Virus record (IMG/VR): IMGVR_UViG_3300028549_000279
DNA: 49,232 nucleotides
Reading direction: 5' to 3' (one strand)
From: a virus
This document shows positions 42,947 to 49,232 of this stretch, in pieces (within the stretch, counting starts at the first letter, position 1; each line of letters starts with the position of its first letter). The position numbers and the translations under genes are program-made. The notes under the pieces were generated by a model. It was given only the letters and a program-made list of their open reading frames with translations. It searched no databases and was not told where the DNA came from.

Positions 42947-43380
42947 TGAAAGATGTAATCGCAATAAAAAATACACGTGCTAGCGATTTACAACCTGGTA
43001 AATTATATGTATGTAAGAATAGTAACTCCAGAGCATTGTATATGAAAGATGATAGATTTAAACAAAGCCATTACATAAAATCAATAGATAACAATCCTTA
43101 CAGCACACGTAGAAGAATAGATTATAAAACAATAGAGATTTGTGAAAGAAATGAATATCTATTTGTAGAAGTTCTACCAAGTACTCTTTTCGGTACTATG
43201 AAAAAAGGAACTCCAATCTTAGTAAGAGCTAGAAATAATATGGCATGGGTAGAAAAAGAATTTGCTGACTTTGACTACGATAAGAATGATGTATTTAGAG
43301 TTCATGTCCTAGACCCAGACAAATCTACACCTACTGCTGGGTACAGATACGCGCTGGCAGTTAGAACAATTACATTCTAG
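42946..43380 (+). CDS. Hypothetical early protein (144 aa), paralogue of the previous gene
   Basis: The start is set at ATG 42946 with GGAGGTG upstream; it overlaps the previous stop by 1 nt. Confidence 0.6.
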   Translation: MKDVIAIKNTRASDLQPGKLYVCKNSNSRALYMKDDRFKQSHYIKSIDNNPYSTRRRIDYKTIEICERNEYLFVEVLPSTLFGTMKKGTPILVRARNNMAWVEKEFADFDYDKNDVFRVHVLDPDKSTPTAGYRYALAVRTITF

Positions 43381-43403
43381 TCAACATTATTTCCACAATG
43401 TAC

Positions 43404-43433
43404 TAGACAAAGTGTCAACCTTTAGGGTATAAT
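43404..43433 (+). promoter_or_regulatory. Sigma70-like promoter upstream of the HNH gene
   Basis: TAGACA (43404-43409), an 18-nt spacer, then TATAAT (43428-43433). Confidence 0.5.
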
Positions 43434-43464
43434 TAAGGTACTTCATATCACCTGGTATGAAAAA

Positions 43465-43479
43465 TTTAACCCCACCCCC
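43465..43479 (+). promoter_or_regulatory. C-rich box copy b (TTTAACCCCACCCCC) in the HNH leader
   Basis: It lies immediately 5' of the GGAGG of the HNH gene. The leader also shares TTAAG(G)TAC...CATAT with the RT leader. Confidence 0.4.
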
Positions 43480-43490
43480 TGGAGGTGCCT

Positions 43491-43991
43491 ATGAGAAATT
43501 ATAAAGATTGTAATTGTGTTCCAATTAAAGGATATGAATCAGACTATGACATCTATGATAATGGTCAGATACTTTCAAAATTAACAGATATGTGGTTAAA
43601 ACCATCTATAGATACAAAAGGATATTTGAAAGTTGTGCTACATTGTGACGGAGCATACAAAACATTTAGAGTACACGTACTTGTTGCACAACACTTTATC
43701 CCTAACCCAGATATGTTACCAGTTGTAAATCATATTGATGGTGTTAAAACTAATCCAGATGTAAGTAATCTGGAATGGGTAACTTACTCAGAAAATACTC
43801 AACACGCTCACGACACTAACTTAATTACTAAAACAAGTAATAAGGTTGTTGTGAGAGGTGATGGTAAAGAATACAAATCACTTACAGAAGCAGCAGCTGA
43901 TAACGGAGTTACAAAATCAGCAATAAGTAAAGTGTTGCATGGTGTAAGGAAGTCAGCAGGTGGTCAAACCTGGACAGAGAAATCGGTGTAA
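43491..43991 (+). CDS. HNH_3-family homing endonuclease with a NUMOD-like HTH tail
   Basis: NHIDGVKTNPDVSNLEWVTYSENTQHA is the HNH motif. YKSLTEAAADNGVTKSAISKVL is NUMOD1-like. The gene is free-standing with its own promoter. Confidence 0.85.
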   Translation: MRNYKDCNCVPIKGYESDYDIYDNGQILSKLTDMWLKPSIDTKGYLKVVLHCDGAYKTFRVHVLVAQHFIPNPDMLPVVNHIDGVKTNPDVSNLEWVTYSENTQHAHDTNLITKTSNKVVVRGDGKEYKSLTEAAADNGVTKSAISKVLHGVRKSAGGQTWTEKSV

Positions 43992-44045
43992 ACGCATGAG
44001 CGTTAACATAAAAACTATTAATCAGATTCCATAGGAGGAACAACA

Positions 44046-44417
44046 ATGAGAGTAAAATTCGAAAACAACAGTTTAGTAATCGTAACAGGCATCGCAAAAG
44101 AAGTAATCGAGGGTGGCATCGCAGCTCTTGAAATCAAAGCTACAAAAGACAGACCAGGTTTCAGACTTGCAGTTAGCAAAGATGGTAAAGGTTCAATCGA
44201 CCAGTACGGTATCGTAGCAAATGCTTACATTGGTGGGCAGGCTGCACTTGTTATCCAGACTCCAATCGAAGCAGACCTAGATGCTGTAAAGAAACAGTAT
44301 GGTAAAGTGATTGTTAACGCTGCTCCTTACTTAGCAGAACTTGCTGCACAGGCATCAGCAGAAGTTGCTACAATCGACGCTGTATTTGAAGATGTTGCAC
44401 CAATTACAGCTCAGTAA
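44046..44417 (+). CDS. Hypothetical protein (123 aa)
   Basis: An AGGAGG RBS is present. No motif recognised. Confidence 0.6.
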   Translation: MRVKFENNSLVIVTGIAKEVIEGGIAALEIKATKDRPGFRLAVSKDGKGSIDQYGIVANAYIGGQAALVIQTPIEADLDAVKKQYGKVIVNAAPYLAELAAQASAEVATIDAVFEDVAPITAQ

Positions 44418-44504
44418 CACACCAACCAATGCATCAGAAGTAATGTGGGTAGTCATTTAGGCTGCCCTCAATCTTCAAACACCTAATACACGGAGGAATG
44501 TACA

Positions 44505-44741
44505 ATGATTAATTTAACAATCGGAACAAACACAGAAAGAAAAACAGCAATAGTGGAGCCAGACAGACCACTTAAAGACATCCTTAGAGAGAATGAAATC
44601 AATACCGCAGGTAGTGCACTTCATCTTAATGGAAGTTTGATTGCAGGAGTAGACGCAGACAGTTCATTAGCAGAACTGGGCATTGCAGATGGTTCCTCGG
44701 CAATGTTAATTGCAGTCGTTAAGGCTGACTCAGCAGCTTAA
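44505..44741 (+). CDS. Ubiquitin-like beta-grasp (ThiS/MoaD-like) protein, 78 aa, C-terminus ...KADSAA
   Basis: The pattern MINLTIG....V....PLKDIL......LHLNGSLI......LAELGIADGS.MLIAVVK matches the ThiS/MoaD-type Ubl layout. It is followed by JAB and E1-like genes. Confidence 0.5.
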   Translation: MINLTIGTNTERKTAIVEPDRPLKDILRENEINTAGSALHLNGSLIAGVDADSSLAELGIADGSSAMLIAVVKADSAA

Positions 44742-44758
44742 AGCATGTCCCACTTACG

Positions 44759-44790
44759 AAACGCAGGGGTCACAGCCTGCGTTTTATTTT
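44759..44790 (+). terminator. Rho-independent terminator/attenuator between the Ubl gene and the downstream operon
   Basis: aaacgcagg-ggtcacag-cctgcgttt (9-bp stem) is followed by TTTTATTTT. Confidence 0.7.
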
Positions 44791-44828
44791 GCTCTAAAAT
44801 AACCAATGATTCATAAGGAGGTAATACA

Positions 44829-46715
44829 ATGCCACTATTAGCAAGCAGTAAAGAAGATTTATTAAATCGTATTATAGGATTAACCAGTTTGAATATTCGT
44901 ACAGATTTGTACAGAGCACGTTCTCCTGTAGATTTTGGAGACTTAAATACTATACTACACCTATTAAACGCACCTACCATTAATGAACTTGAAAACTACA
45001 GTGATGATAGACGAAACAACAGCATACCACAGAGAATCCGCAGCATAAGACTTGTATCAAGAACCTTACCACGTGGTACTGATGTACAAGAACTCAATAA
45101 ATTTTTTAGAAACTTCCTACTAGAAAACCTTTTCATGTATGGACTGCCATGCTCATGGATACATAGAAGTACACGCAACAATATGAACTTTGCACAGTAT
45201 AAAGATGATGAATCTTTTGAACTCAACAGTATTGTGCCAGGAATGAGCAGAGAAGCTATGTTAGAAGAAAAAGCACGCCCTAATAGCAGACTGGCTTCTA
45301 TAACAGTACTTAATGATTACAATTGTGGAGCTGCATCTAACACATACTTTAGCACATTAGTAGAGAATGGAATGTTAGAGGCTATGCCAGAGTACATATT
45401 ACCTATGACACAGCATCCTAACCATCGCGTAAAACTCTACAAAGTAATAGCTATCCCAGAAATTCTAGGGATACATGATATGTTCGTATGCACAACAAAC
45501 ACATATAACTCACAGGTTTTATTACAGACATTAGCTGCTGCATTACCTACTATATGTGAAGCTGTACAAGAAGAAATAAAACCTCTTATAGAGGTAGCAA
45601 AAGACAATATGTTACGACAAGTCCCTAACACATCCAATAACATGAGAGACTGGTGCTATGAACACTATGGCGATTACCTTGAAACCATTGAAGAAACAAG
45701 ACGTACAGCTGCTATTAACACATTAATAACACAAATGTCTTCTGGAGCTCTTGCAAATATAGAACAAAAAATCGCAAATGTAAACGATATAATCAATGAT
45801 TATTATTCAGCATTACGAGATAGTTATAAACTGTTAGAAGTGGCACAAATAGAGCACCTCAAACTAATTACAGGCAGTGGCACAGAAAAAATAGAAGAAT
45901 TCAAAAACTTCTTAATTGCATCTTCAAACACCTACACAAATTATGAGGTGCGCAATGACGGAGACGGCAACATTAGATTCTCCTTGCTAGTCAACACACC
46001 TTTATTATATTGGGATGAAGCACAATACAAAATGCTACGTGAATCTACACGTGATAACAGAGTAACCTTATTAGGTAGTGCGCACAAACAATACTTCGAT
46101 GATATTCTTTTAAATAAAGCTATAATCTTAAATATGGAATCTGGGGTATCATTCAATTTAAGTGTAACAAACCCAGGTGTTTCATACGCAGATATAGCTG
46201 ATAGACAAATAAGTACAAATGATAGAAAAGGAATGTCTAATCCACATCACAGATACCATCAATGTTTTGGTAATAACAAAATGCCGATACACAATGCTAT
46301 AAGAGAGCAAGACTATGTAACATTAATCTGTCAAGCAGCTGCAGCAGTAGCAGGTATTAATATATCGGATGGAACTGTAATGGGTAAATTCTTTGATACA
46401 GGCAGAGACTTATCTGAATTGAAATATGCAAAGATACTTACAGTAGTAGCTACAAAAGAACGTATCTCTCCTAATGAGTACTTCCAACGCATCAAAACAG
46501 TAGGTAATAAAAGTATTACAGAATGGTTAGCAGTACAAAGTGCAACTCTGACTACACCTGTTGGAACAATACCAACAGAACTTCCTATTGAAGACCAAGG
46601 TGAGTTCACAATGCCAACAGCAGTTCCACATCAAGACATAGCAGATGCAGTTACACAAGCAATGGAATTTATAGATGAATTTGAAGACACTGAAAATAAT
46701 GGTGACCCATTCTAA
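44829..46715 (+). CDS. Large protein of unknown function (628 aa) in the Ubl/JAB/E1 cluster
   Basis: AAGGAGG RBS. The next gene starts 12 nt after its stop. No canonical motif; NPHHRYHQCFG is a possible Cys active-site context. Confidence 0.8.
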   Translation: MPLLASSKEDLLNRIIGLTSLNIRTDLYRARSPVDFGDLNTILHLLNAPTINELENYSDDRRNNSIPQRIRSIRLVSRTLPRGTDVQELNKFFRNFLLENLFMYGLPCSWIHRSTRNNMNFAQYKDDESFELNSIVPGMSREAMLEEKARPNSRLASITVLNDYNCGAASNTYFSTLVENGMLEAMPEYILPMTQHPNHRVKLYKVIAIPEILGIHDMFVCTTNTYNSQVLLQTLAAALPTICEAVQEEIKPLIEVAKDNMLRQVPNTSNNMRDWCYEHYGDYLETIEETRRTAAINTLITQMSSGALANIEQKIANVNDIINDYYSALRDSYKLLEVAQIEHLKLITGSGTEKIEEFKNFLIASSNTYTNYEVRNDGDGNIRFSLLVNTPLLYWDEAQYKMLRESTRDNRVTLLGSAHKQYFDDILLNKAIILNMESGVSFNLSVTNPGVSYADIADRQISTNDRKGMSNPHHRYHQCFGNNKMPIHNAIREQDYVTLICQAAAAVAGINISDGTVMGKFFDTGRDLSELKYAKILTVVATKERISPNEYFQRIKTVGNKSITEWLAVQSATLTTPVGTIPTELPIEDQGEFTMPTAVPHQDIADAVTQAMEFIDEFEDTENNGDPF

Positions 46716-46727
46716 GGAGGATAACAA

Positions 46728-47597
46728 ATGCGACCAATCAAACTAACAACCACTAAGGTAGAAGAAATTGTCCAAGCAATACGCCAAGACTTATTAAACA
46801 ATAAGTTTAGTAAAGAACAGATTACTGTTAATTTCAGCTTAAAGAAAACAAATGAAGAAACACCTAATGCTACTGTAATCTTTACAGAATTAGCTGCTAA
46901 GAAAATGGATGCACTTGTACAGAAATGTACAGAAGAAGTAGGCTGGCATGGAACTGTAACAAAGGTAGGTTCACAGTACACCATAGAAGATATCTTAGTA
47001 TTTCCTCAGTATGTCACTGGTGCTACAGTAACTCCAGATGAAACAGAATACGCGCTCTGGATGGGCAGCCTGGATAATGAAACATTCAACAAGGTACGTT
47101 TCCATGGACATAGCCATGTTAACATGGGAGTAACACCCTCTGGTGTAGATACAACATTCCAGGCAAACATATTAAACAATCTTAATTCATTCTATATCTT
47201 TGGTATCTTCAATAAAAAAGATGCCAACTGGATGACAATCTTCGATGTAGAAGATAATATTATCTACGATGATAATGATATTAACCTGGTATACATGGGA
47301 CAAGAAGTTCAAGACTGGGCTACAGAAGTTATCAAAGAAAACGTTAAGAAAAAAGTATATGCAGCAGCTGTAACAACAGGAGCTTCTCAATTTGGCGCAA
47401 ACGCATATAACGGACAATATGGTGGGTACTATGATAGAGCAGGAGCAGCAGCTACACAACGTGTTGGAGGTGGCACTGACAAGGAAAAAAAGTCAGTAAC
47501 AGAAAGCATAATGGAAGACACGGAAACAGCAAGCATAGGCGTTGAGGCGCAAATGATTATGGAAGATTATTTTAATCAGATGTATGGAGGTAATTAA
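46728..47597 (+). CDS. JAB/MPN (JAMM) metalloprotease-domain protein
   Basis: CTEEVGWHG provides the upstream Glu, and FHGHSHVNMGVTPSGVD is the HxHx7Sx2D JAMM motif. The C-terminal tail is low-complexity G/A/Y-rich. Confidence 0.75.
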   Translation: MRPIKLTTTKVEEIVQAIRQDLLNNKFSKEQITVNFSLKKTNEETPNATVIFTELAAKKMDALVQKCTEEVGWHGTVTKVGSQYTIEDILVFPQYVTGATVTPDETEYALWMGSLDNETFNKVRFHGHSHVNMGVTPSGVDTTFQANILNNLNSFYIFGIFNKKDANWMTIFDVEDNIIYDDNDINLVYMGQEVQDWATEVIKENVKKKVYAAAVTTGASQFGANAYNGQYGGYYDRAGAAATQRVGGGTDKEKKSVTESIMEDTETASIGVEAQMIMEDYFNQMYGGN

Positions 47598-47599
47598 AT

Positions 47600-48292
47600 A
47601 TGGACAGGTCTAAAGTAATGGACTTCTTTGATGCAGCTGAGGTTCAAATGAAAATAAATGTTATAGGCTGTGGAGCAATAGGCTCTCATGTATGTGAGGA
47701 ATTAGCACGGTTAGGATTCCAGGAAGTACACATCTACGACTTTGATACAGTTTCACCACACAACATTACCAATCAAATGTTCACACATTTTGATATAGGA
47801 GCATCTAAAGTATCTGCCTGCGCAGATGCAATGCACGCCATAAACCCCGATATGGCAGTGTTTCAACATAATGAGGGATTACAACACCCTTATGTCTGCA
47901 ATGGTATTATCATCCTATGTGTTGATAATATCGGACTCCGTAAAGAAATCGTGAAAGCTAACCAGTACAACCCCCACTGCAAAGCAATCGCTGATTTCCG
48001 AATGAGAATGACAGATGCCCAGCACTACTTCGCTAACAAAGAGGTAGCATTTGAGATGGAACAACTGCTCAACAGCATGGACTTCACGCATGAAGAAGCC
48101 AAGGCGTCCACACCAGTTAGTGCATGTGGAGTAGAACTAAGTGTAGTGTACACTGTAAAAGCAATAACAGCTTTCGGTTGCGCTAACATAGTTAAATTCC
48201 TTATGGAAACTAACGACTACAAAACAATGGTTCTAGTTAATATGGAATCATTCATTGTAGATGCTTTCCGAGCAGTGCCTAGACCTAAGTAG
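47600..48292 (+). CDS. ThiF/MoeB/E1-like adenylyltransferase (230 aa)
   Basis: INVIGCGAIGSHVCEELARLG is the GxGxxG Rossmann motif. YDFDTVSPHNITNQMF is the D.D.V...N..(R/N)Q motif. LCVDN is present, and SACG supplies a candidate Cys. Confidence 0.8.
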   Translation: MDRSKVMDFFDAAEVQMKINVIGCGAIGSHVCEELARLGFQEVHIYDFDTVSPHNITNQMFTHFDIGASKVSACADAMHAINPDMAVFQHNEGLQHPYVCNGIIILCVDNIGLRKEIVKANQYNPHCKAIADFRMRMTDAQHYFANKEVAFEMEQLLNSMDFTHEEAKASTPVSACGVELSVVYTVKAITAFGCANIVKFLMETNDYKTMVLVNMESFIVDAFRAVPRPK

Positions 48293-48307
48293 GCAACATT
48301 GAAGCCG

Positions 48308-48344
48308 TAAGGCTACTAATTAGTATTTACTAAAGGTAGCCTTA
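48308..48344 (+). other. Hairpin between the E1-like gene and the RT (possible terminator or processing site)
   Basis: taaggctac/gtagcctta forms a 9-bp stem with an inner 5-bp ttagt/actaa stem. The downstream sequence is tagcatctttt. Confidence 0.4.
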
Positions 48345-48378
48345 TAGCATCTTTTAAGTACCATATGGTTATTTCATT

Positions 48379-48396
48379 TTTAACCCACCCCCACCC
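48379..48396 (+). promoter_or_regulatory. C-rich box copy a (TTTAACCCACCCCCACCC) in the RT leader
   Basis: It lies immediately 5' of the AAGGAGG of the RT gene. Confidence 0.4.
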
Positions 48397-48412
48397 TAAG
48401 GAGGAATACAAT

Positions 48413-49232
48413 ATGTTTTTGAATTACTATTCTAAACCTCGTATTCGTACCACTGGTACGATGGAACAATTACAAAAGGAACTCCAATACAACCAGGGTA
48501 GGATTATTACTAAAACTGTGACCACACCAGGAGTAAACCAAACTACAAGAAATAAAGTAAGAAACACACTTTATAAATTACAAAATAAATTAAGAGAAAC
48601 TAATATTCAATTAGTAAACACTAATATTAGTGCGATGCCATCTATGTACCACCTTGTTAAGATACCAAAGAAAACAGGTGGGTACAGAGAGTTAATGGTA
48701 CCAGATGAAGAACTCAAAGAGTTTCAACGGATTATTTTAGATACTCTGCAGAATAAATTAAAAGTACTACCTCATAATGCGGCTCATGGGTTCACTAAGC
48801 ACAGAAGCTGCTATACAGCAATACAAGTACACCAACAAGCACACGCACGTTGGTTTCTAAAAATGGATATTAAAAACTTCTTTACAAGTGTACATACTGA
48901 ATGGTTATTATCAACACTACAAGAAAATGCTGCAATATGCATAATGAATGCAAGTACAGCACGCAATTTTGAAGACTCAATCATTAGATATTGTACACTT
49001 AACAATTGCCTACCACAAGGAGCACCGACCTCTCCTTTCTTAGCAAACCTGGCTATGCAAGGTTGTGATACAGAGATTACAGCGTACTGCAAAAGACTAG
49101 GACTTACCTACACACGCTACGCTGATGATATTTTAATCAGTAGCCCTGTTAAATTTAAAGCAAATGAAGTAGCAGAAGCTATATCTACTATCCTACTACG
49201 GAAAAACTTATCTGTTAATCGTGATAAAACAC
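48413..49232 (+). CDS. Retron-type reverse transcriptase, N-terminal part (open at the window end; continues at nt 3..515; 359 aa when joined)
   Basis: ATG 48413 has AAGGAGG 8 nt upstream. Motifs seen: KIPKKTGGYRELMVP (RT1), LKEFQRIILDTL (2), HNAAHGFTKHRS (NAxxH, 3), FLKMDIKNFF, LPQGAPTSPFLANL and YTRYADDILIS. It is absent from the ORF track because no stop falls within the window. Confidence 0.9.
   Translation, partial: MFLNYYSKPRIRTTGTMEQLQKELQYNQGRIITKTVTTPGVNQTTRNKVRNTLYKLQNKLRETNIQLVNTNISAMPSMYHLVKIPKKTGGYRELMVPDEELKEFQRIILDTLQNKLKVLPHNAAHGFTKHRSCYTAIQVHQQAHARWFLKMDIKNFFTSVHTEWLLSTLQENAAICIMNASTARNFEDSIIRYCTLNNCLPQGAPTSPFLANLAMQGCDTEITAYCKRLGLTYTRYADDILISSPVKFKANEVAEAISTILLRKNLSVNRDKT

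Noticed and set aside
48413-49232. RT as part of a diversity-generating retroelement (DGR)
   Set aside because: Motif 4 is QGxxxSP (LPQGAPTSP), as in retron and group II RTs, not the [IV]GxxxSQ that I recall for DGR RTs. I also saw no template/variable repeat pair near the RT or at the 3' end of a tail-fibre gene. I cannot exclude short TR/VR repeats without a computational self-alignment.
48413-49232. RT as a group II intron maturase
   Set aside because: The product is only 359 aa and has no X/maturase or En domain. The flanks show no domain V/VI-like intron RNA, and intact neighbouring genes abut the locus.

Overview
The window is a complete genome of about 48,977 bp from a tailed dsDNA phage. 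Nt 1-255 are identical to nt 48978-49232, so the contig is circularly closed or terminally redundant, and one gene runs across that junction. The sequence is AT-rich with strong AGGAGG-type ribosome-binding sites. A phi-LC3-like holin and an endolysin with a PG_binding_1-type domain suggest a Gram-positive (Firmicutes-like) host.

I saw no integrase or repressor module, no tape-measure gene and no tail-tube gene. It therefore looks like a virulent, podovirus-like phage.

The genome has two arms:
- **Plus-strand early/replication arm (39963 through the junction to 12563).** It holds small early genes and a free-standing HNH homing endonuclease. It also holds a ubiquitin-like/JAB/E1-like gene cluster and a retron-type reverse transcriptase. 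The replication genes are an SNF2 helicase, an AAA_24-like ATPase, a DUF669-like protein, a DnaG-primase/MCM-like helicase fusion, family A DNA polymerase, a RuvC-like resolvase and a YqaJ-like exonuclease.
- **Minus-strand late arm (38276 down to 12580).** It holds TerL, portal, scaffold, major capsid, adaptor, fibre and tail proteins, and a holin/endolysin cassette. It ends with a single 3470-aa ORF that occupies about one fifth of the genome.

The arms diverge from a 1.6-kb noncoding hub (38343-39962) and converge on a bidirectional terminator (about 12572-12600).

The most interesting signals are:
- **RT plus candidate RNA.** The phage-borne retron-like RT has a candidate msr/msd-like structured element about 750 nt downstream. 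That element has a perfect 45-bp stem, flanking 9-nt inverted repeats and a G directly after the 5' repeat.
- **Ubl operon.** A Ubl - 628-aa unknown - JAB - E1-like operon lies immediately upstream of the RT.
- **Giant ORF.** It has five tandem C-terminal repeats of about 72 aa and an Arg/Lys-rich tail.
- **Noncoding islands.** Several GC-rich, hairpin-dense noncoding islands carry short shared motifs and 12-bp-phased iterons.

All functional calls come from motif recognition by eye. No database search was possible.
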